A stretch of 42,966 bases of DNA. Source: a virus. The stretch covers positions 1 through 42,966 of IMG/VR virus record IMGVR_UViG_3300045988_127396; one strand, 5' to 3'. This document shows, piece after piece, positions 1 to 8,418 of the stretch; position 1 is the stretch's first letter; the number at the start of each line of letters is the position of its first letter. Below the pieces are notes generated by a model. It had not been told where the DNA came from, searched no databases, and was given only the letters and a program-made list of their open reading frames with translations. A program made the position numbers and the translations under genes.

Positions 1-494
1 ATAATGAACACTCGTTCTCTGTTTTGTGGCACTCCAAAATTTTTGCTGTTAAGCACTTGCCATTCTGCATCATACCCCAGTTCATCCAAGATGTTAAGCA
101 TTGTCGTGAACGTTTTCCCTTTGTCGTGTGATAGTAAGTTTCTAACGTTTTCAAGAAAAATATAGCGTGGTTTGATTTGTTCAACCGATCTAGCAATCTC
201 ATAGAATAAAGTTCCTCTAGCATCCTCAAATCCCAATTGGTTCCCAGCAATTGAAAAGGCTTGGCATGGAAATCCTCCGCAAATAACATCGACCTTTCCT
301 CTAAGCTTTCTAAATTCTTCATTTGTCACCTCTGTAATATCTTTATAGTCTATTTCTCCTTTAGTATCGTGGATAGCGTTGTAACTTAACCTTGCATATT
401 TATCTATCTCACAATATCCAACACATTTGTGGCCAGCGCGTTCCATTCCTAACCGAAACCCGCCTATACCAGCAAATAAGTCTAAAAAATTCAT
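1..494 (-). CDS. DNA (cytosine-5)-methyltransferase, N-terminal part (start codon 492-494; continues across the circular junction into 42263-42966)
   Basis: Minus-strand translation from 494 gives MNFLDLFAGIGGFRLGMERAGHKCVGYCEIDKYA...GGFPCQAFSIAGNQLGFEDARGTLFYEIARSVEQIKPRYIFLENVRNLLSHDKGK...VPQNRERVFII. These are C5-MTase motifs I (FAGIGG), IV (GGFPCQ), VI (ENV) and VIII (QNRER). Bases 1-55 are identical to 42912-42966. Confidence 0.8.
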   Translation of the reverse strand, partial: MNFLDLFAGIGGFRLGMERAGHKCVGYCEIDKYARLSYNAIHDTKGEIDYKDITEVTNEEFRKLRGKVDVICGGFPCQAFSIAGNQLGFEDARGTLFYEIARSVEQIKPRYIFLENVRNLLSHDKGKTFTTMLNILDELGYDAEWQVLNSKNFGVPQNRERVFI

Positions 495-514
495 ACTTTC
501 TATTCCTTCCTAAT

Positions 515-2101
515 TTATTTACCTGGCTTATAATCTTTAGCAACCATTCCTCTAGGTAAGCGCCAGCCGTTTGCAGCTATTCTAGTAATCATCTTGTTAG
601 CATCTTCAAAACTCCAGTTACCAACTTTTCTAAAACCTCTACTTTCTAGCAACCTAATCTGTTTAGGTGTAGCAAACCCCATCTCACGTCTTTTAATAAC
701 ACGATCGATTAACAAGCTTGCCTTACCAGAATTATCTATTGCACTGGCATTAATTCCCATCTTCTCAAGTGTTTCTATTTGTGCTTCACTTGGTGGGGCT
801 TGTTCTGATAAGAAGCTTGGCACATAATTAGCAAGATCTTCATCAGCAATACTCATTTCAAATTGTAACGGATCCACTAACTTACCTTTTTTACGTCTTT
901 GTTCGGCCAATTGTTTAGCAAGGCTTGCTTCACGATCTTGTATAACTTCATCAGCTGCCTTAACTTCTATTTCTTCTAAGTCAACCGCGTTTCCTACTTC
1001 TTTTTCACTTAATTCAGTAATCTTTTTAGCAATTTCTTCATTTTTGGCAATTAAGTGGCCAGGACGGCATAACTCGTGCTTTTCAACGTGCCATAAGAAA
1101 TCTAATAATAATAAGTTTTCTTTTCCTGGGTGTAACCTTGTACCACGGCCAACCATTTGAGAATATAACGCCCTTACCTTTGTTGGTCTAAGGACAATTA
1201 CACAATCAACACTTGGGCAATCCCAACCTTCTGTAAGCAACATAGAGTTACATAATACGTTGTATTTATCTTTGTCAAAGTCCTCTAATATTTGCGCTCT
1301 ATCTTTACTTTCTCCGTTGACTTCAGCAGCCTTAAACCCTTTTGAGTTAAGAATATCTCTGAACTTTTGGCTTGTTGCCACTAATGGTAGAAATACAACC
1401 GTTTTTCTATCCTTGCAATGTTTAACCATTTCATCAGCTATCTGGTCTAAATAAGGATCAAGCGCATTGCTAACATCACTTGCCTTAAAATCTCCGTTTT
1501 GTGTTGATACACCACTTAAATCAAGGTTCAATGGTATGGTTAAGCTTTGTATTTTGCTTAAATAACCTTCTTTGATAGCATCCACAATCTTGTATTCATA
1601 AGCCAAGCTTTCAAAGTACGTTCCCAGGTTCTTCATATCACCCCTATCAGGTGTAGCAGTAACCCCCAGTACTTTTGCCTTATCAAAATGGTTAAGTACA
1701 TTCTGATAGCTGTTAGATATACAATGATGTGCTTCATCTATAACGATGGTATCAAAGTGATCTTTATCAAATTGGTTAAGTCTTTTCTCACGTTGTAAAG
1801 TCTGAACACTACCAACTACCACCCTAAACCATGTATCTATAGAGGTACTATCAGCTTTTTCAAGGGCTGTATTCAGTCCAGTACTTTTCTTTAACTTGTC
1901 GCTTGCTTGTTCTAACAATTCGCTTCTATGTGCTAATATAAGCACCCTATCACCTTGTTTAACTCTATCCTCTATTATTTTGGAAAATACAATTGTTTTA
2001 CCGCACCCAGTTGGTAGGACAAGGAGCGTTTTGTCAACGCCCCTTTCCCATTCTTCTTGAACCTTAACCCTTGCTTCTTGTTGATAAGGTCTAAGTTTCA
2101 T
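515..2101 (-). CDS. Superfamily-2 DEAD/DEAH-box helicase
   Basis: Motif I LLVLPTGCGKT, motif II IVIDEAHH, motif III GVTATPDR, motif VI QMVGRGTR. Sits in the replication/recombination module. Confidence 0.8.
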   Translation of the reverse strand: MKLRPYQQEARVKVQEEWERGVDKTLLVLPTGCGKTIVFSKIIEDRVKQGDRVLILAHRSELLEQASDKLKKSTGLNTALEKADSTSIDTWFRVVVGSVQTLQREKRLNQFDKDHFDTIVIDEAHHCISNSYQNVLNHFDKAKVLGVTATPDRGDMKNLGTYFESLAYEYKIVDAIKEGYLSKIQSLTIPLNLDLSGVSTQNGDFKASDVSNALDPYLDQIADEMVKHCKDRKTVVFLPLVATSQKFRDILNSKGFKAAEVNGESKDRAQILEDFDKDKYNVLCNSMLLTEGWDCPSVDCVIVLRPTKVRALYSQMVGRGTRLHPGKENLLLLDFLWHVEKHELCRPGHLIAKNEEIAKKITELSEKEVGNAVDLEEIEVKAADEVIQDREASLAKQLAEQRRKKGKLVDPLQFEMSIADEDLANYVPSFLSEQAPPSEAQIETLEKMGINASAIDNSGKASLLIDRVIKRREMGFATPKQIRLLESRGFRKVGNWSFEDANKMITRIAANGWRLPRGMVAKDYKPGK

Positions 2102-2103
2102 TT

Positions 2104-2661
2104 TTAGAACCCGCCTTGTGTGTTATTACCTTGGTTATTCCAAGTTGGTTGTTGTTGTTGCGGTTGTTGATTGAAATTAGGTTGTGCAAACGGGTTTTGT
2201 ATATTTAATACTTTAGTAATATCAACATCATCTTTATAAATCATGCTTTTAACTTCGTTATATTGGTTTCCGTTATGTTCTCTAATTCCTACTTTACATA
2301 CTCCAGTTGCGCCTGGTAATTGGTTCCAAGCCATTTTTAATGGTTCACCTTTTTTCTTGAACCCAATTGCACCAAAGAAAGCTGATAATAAACCTTCAAC
2401 AGAACTATGTAAAAATAGATTATGCTTAAGCGTTGTTTCTCCTTCATTTGCCTTAATGTTGATTGATACAATCGCTTTAGGACAGCTTGGTAATTTAGCA
2501 TTCGGGTTAGTTGGTACGTGTTGCGCTCTTTCGTAACCTTCAACAGAAAATTGGTATAACCCTGGAGGTAGTAGCACAAACTCACTATCTTTTACTATCT
2601 CAGCATCCCAGTCCAATTCTCTCTCAAAGTTGTTGTTAAAATTTGTATTGTTATTCATCAT
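2104..2661 (-). CDS. DUF669-like phage protein (putative ssDNA-binding partner of Sak4), with an N/Q-rich C-terminal tail
   Basis: Position between the Sak4-like ATPase and the helicase matches the conserved Sak4-DUF669-helicase synteny. The family call rests on memory of that synteny only. Confidence 0.4.
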   Translation of the reverse strand: MMNNNTNFNNNFERELDWDAEIVKDSEFVLLPPGLYQFSVEGYERAQHVPTNPNAKLPSCPKAIVSINIKANEGETTLKHNLFLHSSVEGLLSAFFGAIGFKKKGEPLKMAWNQLPGATGVCKVGIREHNGNQYNEVKSMIYKDDVDITKVLNIQNPFAQPNFNQQPQQQQPTWNNQGNNTQGGF

Positions 2662-2693
2662 TTTTAAAAATCTCCTTAAAATTTATATTGTTT

Positions 2694-3770
2694 TTATTTT
2701 TGTTTTAATTCTTTTAATAATTGTTTAAGCCCTTCCCATTTAGGGATAATGTAACCAGTTAAGTAACCTTGCTCGTTATATACAGTCATTGGCGTTCCTT
2801 TAGGGAAATATCCTTTACTTTCACTAACAAGCTTAATATCATCTTCAGTAATTCCATCTTGTTCCATTAAGTCCCATAAAGGTTGCGGGATATAATCGGG
2901 TTTATCTGGTTTAAACGGATCCACTAAGTCTTCTGCTGGCGTGTTAGCAACTTCTGTTATTACATCCTTGAATTTATCTTCTATAATCTCACTACCAGTT
3001 TTTACCTTGTCTTCTTCTTTAGGTTCTGGCTTTATTTCTGGTTCTGGTTGCTCGAAAATATGTGCAATTCCACTAAAATCAAGTGGCAGTTCTCCTGGTA
3101 AACCGTGGCGGTTTTTAGCATCCCAGGCAGCAGCGTGTTCAGTGTACATAACACGTTGTGAACCTTGCGCCTTTTTCTTAGTTGAACCCTCTTGCGCAAT
3201 TAGATATGTTTTGTAATTACAGAATAGAACCATATCAGCCCATTCTTTTACAAGTGGCGCTGTTTGTGAACTTGTCTTTTTACCAAGTTTTAGTTCATAT
3301 TTATCATATGATCCCATTTCATCTGGTAATTCAAACTTCCTAATTTGTGCATGTGCTGTAAGTACAACATTTATACCTATTTCAATTAAATCTTGCAATC
3401 TATTTAGGAAACGTCCCATTTCTTCTTTTGCATAAACGTAACCATTGCCATAACCGAAATCTTCAATTCCTTTTTTACCATGCATAGCGCAAAGATTATC
3501 AACACATAACGACTCAGCCCAGTCAATAGTATCTATAACTAATGTTTTACATACAGTAGGGTTTGCCTTAATAAATGCAATCTGATTATTAAGCATCACC
3601 CAACTTGTAGGTTTGTCTAATCTGGCAACATCCATATTGTCTGTTGATCCCTCTGTATCTATGAATAATGGTTCTGGGAATTGTGCAGCTAGTGAACTTT
3701 TCCCTATCCCTTCAGTTCCATAAATAACAACCTTTTGCGCTCTTGCTCGTTTACCTTTTGTTATTCTCAT
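2694..3770 (-). CDS. Sak4-like RecA-fold ATPase (AAA_24, phage nucleotide-binding protein)
   Basis: N-terminal Walker A VVIYGTEGIGKSS, Walker B LVIDTID. Roughly 100-aa C-terminal extension of unknown function. Confidence 0.6.
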   Translation of the reverse strand: MRITKGKRARAQKVVIYGTEGIGKSSLAAQFPEPLFIDTEGSTDNMDVARLDKPTSWVMLNNQIAFIKANPTVCKTLVIDTIDWAESLCVDNLCAMHGKKGIEDFGYGNGYVYAKEEMGRFLNRLQDLIEIGINVVLTAHAQIRKFELPDEMGSYDKYELKLGKKTSSQTAPLVKEWADMVLFCNYKTYLIAQEGSTKKKAQGSQRVMYTEHAAAWDAKNRHGLPGELPLDFSGIAHIFEQPEPEIKPEPKEEDKVKTGSEIIEDKFKDVITEVANTPAEDLVDPFKPDKPDYIPQPLWDLMEQDGITEDDIKLVSESKGYFPKGTPMTVYNEQGYLTGYIIPKWEGLKQLLKELKQK

Positions 3771-5083
3771 TAAAATTCACCCCCTTTGTTTGCCATCCAA
3801 GATGCTTGTACTTGTGTTGGTTCTTCAACCTTTCGCTCTTTAACATAACCATCTTCAATTATTATCTGGCATTCTTCACCAGTGCTTACTCTTGTTGCTA
3901 TTGCTTGTAATTTGTTATCTTTCAACCAGTTAGCAAAGTCCAGCAATGTTTCTAAGTCCATTTGCTCTAATTTATCGACCAGGACAAACTCACATTGAGG
4001 GTTTATCTTTCTTACTATCGCGGTTGCTACTATAAGCTGCTCTGAACCGCTCATATTGTCCCAAGGTTGCCCCTTGTAAGTAATTACACCATTGTCAACA
4101 CTAAGCCCTTCTAGTGGTAAATTAGCACCGTTTAACAAGTCTAGTTTTTGTTCTCGCAATGCATCTATTTCATCTGATAAATCTTTATATTCCAGCGCAT
4201 AGTGTTCAGCATCCATTTCAGCTTTCTCACGATCCTGGTTTGCTCTGACTTTTCTATTAATTTCTTCGATGTTCTCGATGCTTTGTTCAAGTTCTTCAGT
4301 GCTTTCATCTATTAAATCAACAACATCTTTATTAGCTATCTCTATATCAGTTTCAAGAGTTTCTAACTCATTATTAATTTCTAGTAATTGCCTTTCAAGT
4401 TCAGCTTTTTTATTAATTACTAGCGTTTGTCTAGCGGTTAAATTTTCCAGATTATCCCTTTTACGTTGGTTTTCACCATTTCTGGCCAATATTTCTTGTT
4501 GCTCCTTAATTAGTTCAGAAGCACTTACTATCTCGTTTCCAACCTCTTTGTAAAATGGTTGTTCTTCAGCATAATGTTTCTTCTGATCTCTAATTTGGCC
4601 AACTGTTCGGCGTTTATTATAAATTTCTAGTTCTTCTTGCTCTAATTGGTAAATCTTTTCACCAAGCCCATCTACTGTATTAAGTAACGCCTTAGTCTTG
4701 TCTTTAGAGTTCATCTCCATAAATTTAGGTAAGTTAATGGCAAACTGTTCAACGAAACTATTTAATAAGTTTTGGCCCGCTTTCTTACCACTTGGATCAA
4801 TTACCTTAAGGGTTCCGTTATCTCCCTTACGTTCAACAATAAGCCCATTATCAAGCTGTATTCTAATCATCGGTGCCACAACACTGCCTTCACGATGTGG
4901 GTTAGATGGCTTGTAAGAATTACCACCCAACGCCCAGGCAATTGAGTCCAGAACACTAGTTTTTCCTTGGCCGTTCTTACCACCAACAACAGTCAACCCA
5001 TTAGCTGTAGGCTCTATTTGAACCGCCTTAACTCTTTTAACGTTTTCTATTTCTAATTTATTAATCTTCACCATAAATCGCAC
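3770..5083 (-). CDS. SMC/RecF/SbcC-like AAA ATPase with central coiled coil
   Basis: Walker A GGKNGQGKTS at the N-terminus. Long heptad-rich middle region. C-terminal FVLVDKLEQMD resembles a Walker B/D-loop. Confidence 0.6.
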   Translation of the reverse strand: MRFMVKINKLEIENVKRVKAVQIEPTANGLTVVGGKNGQGKTSVLDSIAWALGGNSYKPSNPHREGSVVAPMIRIQLDNGLIVERKGDNGTLKVIDPSGKKAGQNLLNSFVEQFAINLPKFMEMNSKDKTKALLNTVDGLGEKIYQLEQEELEIYNKRRTVGQIRDQKKHYAEEQPFYKEVGNEIVSASELIKEQQEILARNGENQRKRDNLENLTARQTLVINKKAELERQLLEINNELETLETDIEIANKDVVDLIDESTEELEQSIENIEEINRKVRANQDREKAEMDAEHYALEYKDLSDEIDALREQKLDLLNGANLPLEGLSVDNGVITYKGQPWDNMSGSEQLIVATAIVRKINPQCEFVLVDKLEQMDLETLLDFANWLKDNKLQAIATRVSTGEECQIIIEDGYVKERKVEEPTQVQASWMANKGGEF

Positions 5084-5504
5084 CCCCTAAGAGTTGAATG
5101 AAATCTTGTGCATCTTCTTTGTCTGAATAAATATTATCGTGGCCAATTCTAACCATTACTATCTCTTTATCTTTAATCAAGTCTTGTTCTTGTGGTGATA
5201 GCATTTCTTTTAACTTGTCAAACGGGCTGAAATCTTCTTGATGGTTAGTTTCTTCTTTAATAACTCTTTGTTCACTAGCTTTTTTACCTTCTAAATCATT
5301 AAGCCAAAACTCTCCATATCTAATAATCTTTTCAATATCTGTTTTTGGATCCTTGTGCTTTTTATCAGCTCTAAAAGCATATTTAATCATGTTAGCTTGA
5401 CATACACTCCCAAAATCTTTTACAGTAGTTTGAATTACATCTATCAGTTCACCGTTCCCAGCTTTGTAATGTGTTGGGTTTATATTATCTTTCTTATTTG
5501 TCAT
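5061..5504 (-). CDS. DUF3310 family phage protein
   Basis: NPTHYK and IKYAFRADKK...DIEKIIRYGEFWL motifs resemble the DUF3310 consensus (NPSHY...GNAIKY..R...K..eDL.KA.wYL). Confidence 0.5.
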   Translation of the reverse strand: MTNKKDNINPTHYKAGNGELIDVIQTTVKDFGSVCQANMIKYAFRADKKHKDPKTDIEKIIRYGEFWLNDLEGKKASEQRVIKEETNHQEDFSPFDKLKEMLSPQEQDLIKDKEIVMVRIGHDNIYSDKEDAQDFIQLLGGAIYGED

Positions 5505-5566
5505 GTTGTTTATTTCTCCTTTTCGTGTTAAAATATAAGTAAGTAAATTTGTTAAGCGGTTATTTT

Positions 5567-5950
5567 TTAATAGCTGCTTTTTTCTTTTATGCTTTTTGAT
5601 GTTTCTTTTAAAACCCCCAGTATTAGTTCAACTCTTTCTTCAATTGGTATTTCCATTAAGCGTTGTGCTAGTTCTTCTTTATCGTGTTCATTATTGCCAT
5701 ACAAGAGTTCGTTAATAGTTACATTCCCAAGTTCAGCAACTCTTTCTAATCTACTGGAATTAGGTAACATAGCGCCTTTTTCCCAACGTGATATTATACT
5801 TTTTGCTGGTGGCAAATGTTTTCCACTTTCCCATTCTGATATACTACTTTTACTAGCGCCAATAAGTTTGCCAAATTCATCAAGTGTTAACCCCTTTTCC
5901 AACCTTATAGCTTGTATTCTTTTCCCAACTAGCTTTTTATTTGGTTGCAT
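5567..5950 (-). CDS. XRE-family HTH DNA-binding protein (paralog C of the tandem HTH array; contains an internal partial duplication)
   Basis: KKLVGKRIQAIRLEKGLTLDEFGKLIGASKSSISEWESGKHLP...INELLYGN. Internal duplication: SISEWESGKHLPPAKSI / ISRWEKGAMLPNSSRL. Confidence 0.7.
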   Translation of the reverse strand: MQPNKKLVGKRIQAIRLEKGLTLDEFGKLIGASKSSISEWESGKHLPPAKSIISRWEKGAMLPNSSRLERVAELGNVTINELLYGNNEHDKEELAQRLMEIPIEERVELILGVLKETSKSIKEKSSY

Positions 5951-6224
5951 TCTTTCTCACCTTCTTTCTCATTGACTTAAGATGTAATTGTGGATATGTT
6001 GGCTTAATAGGTTGTACTTCAGTAAATAATTCACCAGGTGTAATTCTTAAATAGTTACATAGAATATCAATAGTTTCTAATTGAATACCTTTATTTCTAT
6101 CGTTAAAAATAGAGTTCAATGTTGATCTACTTAAACCAGTATCTTGTTGTACTTTTGTAACTTTTAAATTCCTTTCAGCAAGTAATTCCCTTAGTTTAAT
6201 TCTGTATTTCTTCATCTTAATCAC
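5937..6224 (-). CDS. XRE-family HTH DNA-binding protein (distinct subtype)
   Basis: LRELLAERNLKVTKVQQDTGLSRSTLNSIFNDRNKGIQLETIDILCNYLRITPGELF, an HTH_26-like pattern. Confidence 0.6.
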   Translation of the reverse strand: MIKMKKYRIKLRELLAERNLKVTKVQQDTGLSRSTLNSIFNDRNKGIQLETIDILCNYLRITPGELFTEVQPIKPTYPQLHLKSMRKKVRKNATK

Positions 6225-6777
6225 TCACTCCTAACACTTCATTTATTAATTTAATTCTTTCCTTAGTTGGTAAGTTTAGTAATCTAGTTTTTAACTCTTT
6301 TATTTCCTTTTCTTTTCCATATAACAGTTCTTCAACGGATATTTTCCCAAGTTTAGCTATCTCTATTGATTTTTCACGCCTTGGCAAAGATTTTCCTAAT
6401 TCCCAAACAGATACATTACTTTTACCTACTTGCAAAATAAGTCCGAACTGTTCTAATGTTAAATTCATGTTTTTTCTTATTGAAAATATCCTTTTACCAA
6501 CTTCTTTCTTGTTAGGTTTTTTTTGTAAAACTCCAGCTACCTCTTGATCTCTATTATTTTGGTTTCCATAAAGCAATTCTGTAACGCCAATATTGGCCAT
6601 TTGTGCTATCTTTTGCAATCTTCTTTTATTAGGTAAACATGCACCCCTTTCCCATGCTTGAACATTTCCTCTACTTGCTCCAAATAAATCTCCAAAACCT
6701 TGTATTGTGTAACCTCTATTGAGTCTTATAAACCTAATTCTTTCTCCTACTTCTTTTTTATTGATTTTATTCTTCAT
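6217..6777 (-). CDS. Tandem double-HTH XRE-family protein (paralogs B1+B2)
   Basis: Two complete copies of the module KKEVG.RI..IR.N...T...FG......G.SNV..WE.G..LP.......IA.....V.ELLYG in one 186-aa polypeptide. Confidence 0.7.
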   Translation of the reverse strand: MKNKINKKEVGERIRFIRLNRGYTIQGFGDLFGASRGNVQAWERGACLPNKRRLQKIAQMANIGVTELLYGNQNNRDQEVAGVLQKKPNKKEVGKRIFSIRKNMNLTLEQFGLILQVGKSNVSVWELGKSLPRREKSIEIAKLGKISVEELLYGKEKEIKELKTRLLNLPTKERIKLINEVLGVSD

Positions 6778-7093
6778 TTGTTACATCCTCTAATAACCTT
6801 TTAGCTAATAGTAATTTCTCTTTATTGGAAAGTTTTTCGACTTCATCGTATAAGTTGAAATTAAAACCATATAGCAATTCATTTATTGTAATGTTAGCAA
6901 GCTTGCACATTTTAGCTATTCTTTTTTTCGATGGTAAGGAAACACCTATTTCCCATTGTTGTACATTACCTTTTCTAGCGCAAAATTGTTCACCAAAACC
7001 AGCTAACGTTAAACCTTGTCTAAGTCTAATTTCTCTGATACGTTGGCCAACCGCCTTCTTATCAATGTTTTTATTCATCTCTTTGTCAGTCAT
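6767..7093 (-). CDS. XRE-family HTH DNA-binding protein (paralog A)
   Basis: KKAVGQRIREIRLRQGLTLAGFGEQFCARKGNVQQWEIGVSLPSKKRIAKMCKLANITINELLYGF, the same module as the neighbouring genes. Confidence 0.7.
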   Translation of the reverse strand: MTDKEMNKNIDKKAVGQRIREIRLRQGLTLAGFGEQFCARKGNVQQWEIGVSLPSKKRIAKMCKLANITINELLYGFNFNLYDEVEKLSNKEKLLLAKRLLEDVTNEE

Positions 7094-7101
7094 ACTAACA
7101 C

Positions 7102-7632
7102 CTACTTTTCTTTTACAAAGCTACCATCGATCATTTTTCCAGTTCTCTTAGAAATAACGTTATAAGCCGCTTCTATACATTCGCAAAGTGTTAAGTTGTA
7201 ATCTTTAGCGATAAAGTCCAGAAATTCAACGTACTTAGCAACTTTTAAATCTAAGTTTGTTATTGACTCCGAAATGAAAGTATCGTATAAGCTAAGGTCT
7301 AACCTTTTCAACTCCACAATGTAATATTTATAATCAACCGCCATTGGTAATTTGTGATCAGTAAGCTTAATCAATTTAAAGATTATATATGGGTTCTTGG
7401 TTCTCATTCGTGTTGAGATGGCCAATGTTACATATATATCACCAATTGCATCCTTAATTTCTTCAATGGCTTCTTTGTTGCCATTCTCATAGCTTTCTAT
7501 CGCTGTTTGCAATTCCAGGCATTCTTCACTTGACTTAAGTAATTGCTTGGTAAGTCTACCAGTTTCTAATATTCCTTTTTGTTCAGCCCATTCAATTATT
7601 GGGGTGTAATACTCATAATGTTGTTTTTGCAT
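7102..7632 (-). CDS. MazG-like nucleotide pyrophosphohydrolase domain protein (tentative)
   Basis: LKSSEECLELQTAIESYENGNKEAIEEIKDAIGDIYVTLAI resembles the MazG EExxEL...E..D.L pattern. Has a C-terminal extension. Confidence 0.4.
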   Translation of the reverse strand: MQKQHYEYYTPIIEWAEQKGILETGRLTKQLLKSSEECLELQTAIESYENGNKEAIEEIKDAIGDIYVTLAISTRMRTKNPYIIFKLIKLTDHKLPMAVDYKYYIVELKRLDLSLYDTFISESITNLDLKVAKYVEFLDFIAKDYNLTLCECIEAAYNVISKRTGKMIDGSFVKEK

Positions 7633-7644
7633 TCTTTTTTCTCC

Positions 7645-7842
7645 TTATTCAAAATATTTTTTACTGAAATCTTTATCAAATAAGAATTGAACTATTGCTA
7701 TTATTCCCGTTGCTATCCCACCAATTAATTGCCAATCAATGTTAGTTAGTGTTAAGAAACAAGCACTTACGACCAGCACCGTCCAATAAATTACATTTAG
7801 TTTATCTTTTTTGATTTTTCTTTTTATTTTAGTTTTTAGCAT
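7645..7842 (-). CDS. Small membrane protein (65 aa; basic N-terminus, two hydrophobic segments)
   Basis: VIYWTVLVVSACFLTLT and LIGGIATGIIAIVQFLF hydrophobic stretches. Confidence 0.4.
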   Translation of the reverse strand: MLKTKIKRKIKKDKLNVIYWTVLVVSACFLTLTNIDWQLIGGIATGIIAIVQFLFDKDFSKKYFE

Positions 7843-8092
7843 TGTTACGTTCCCTTTCTCTGTTGACTTGATTAATATAGTTGTAAATTCTTACCTTGTT
7901 GTAAGTCTTATTAGTTGTTAGCGTTCCCTGGATATATAAGAATGAATTATCTAAGCTTTCAATTTCTTTAATGAATTTGTTGAACTTGTCTTTTGACTTA
8001 TCCATCTGTAAGAATTTCTTTAACTCATTTCTACTTATCCAATGATCTGGGTTTTCTACTTTATCCAGGTAAGCATTGTAAGGTTCTTGCAT
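7829..8092 (-). CDS. Hypothetical protein
   Basis: ORF packed tightly within the early operon. No recognisable motifs. Confidence 0.35.
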   Translation of the reverse strand: MQEPYNAYLDKVENPDHWISRNELKKFLQMDKSKDKFNKFIKEIESLDNSFLYIQGTLTTNKTYNKVRIYNYINQVNRERERNNAKN

Positions 8093-8296
8093 TTAAACAC
8101 CTTCTTTCAATTTGTTTAAGTCGATATCTAATACCTTAGCTATCTTAACAGCGTGATCTAGTCTTGGACTTGATGTGTTACCATTGACTAACGCATATAA
8201 TGTTTGCTGAAATATTCCTGTCTCTTTTGACAACTTATATACAGACATGTTCTTTTCTTCTAAACGTTCTTTTAATATGTTGTAAAACTCTTTCAT
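8093..8296 (-). CDS. XRE-family HTH regulator (67 aa)
   Basis: MSVYKLSKETGIFQQTLYALVNGNTSSPRLDHAVKIAKVLDIDLNKL is a classic HTH_3. RBS GAAGG. Divergent from the + strand gene at 8419. Confidence 0.65.
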   Translation of the reverse strand: MKEFYNILKERLEEKNMSVYKLSKETGIFQQTLYALVNGNTSSPRLDHAVKIAKVLDIDLNKLKEGV

Positions 8297-8302
8297 AAAT
8301 GT

Positions 8303-8354
8303 TTGACCTTCTTTCGCTATATTGATATAATTTATTTGAGTATTTCCTGGAAAT
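8303..8354 (+). promoter_or_regulatory. Sigma-A type promoter TTGACC-17-TGaTATAAT (8303-8331) plus 13-bp perfect palindrome ATTTCCTGGAAAT (8342-8354) at/after the predicted transcription start
   Basis: Read directly from the sequence: -35 at 8303-8308, extended -10 at 8323-8331, palindrome between the -10 and the AGGAGG RBS of the + strand ORF. Confidence 0.55.
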
Positions 8355-8418
8355 TAAATTCTACTACTAAACCTTTTTATGAAATACTTAATATCTCAGA
8401 AAGGAGGTAAAATATATA

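Noticed and set aside
8093-8296. Considered whether the HTH gene 8093-8296 and its divergent partner are the real cI/cro switch
   Set aside because: The 9437-9600 region has divergent consensus promoters, shared palindromic operators and the ImmR/ImmA pair adjacent to int. That fits the canonical switch much better. The 8093-8753 cassette is therefore treated as an embedded accessory module.
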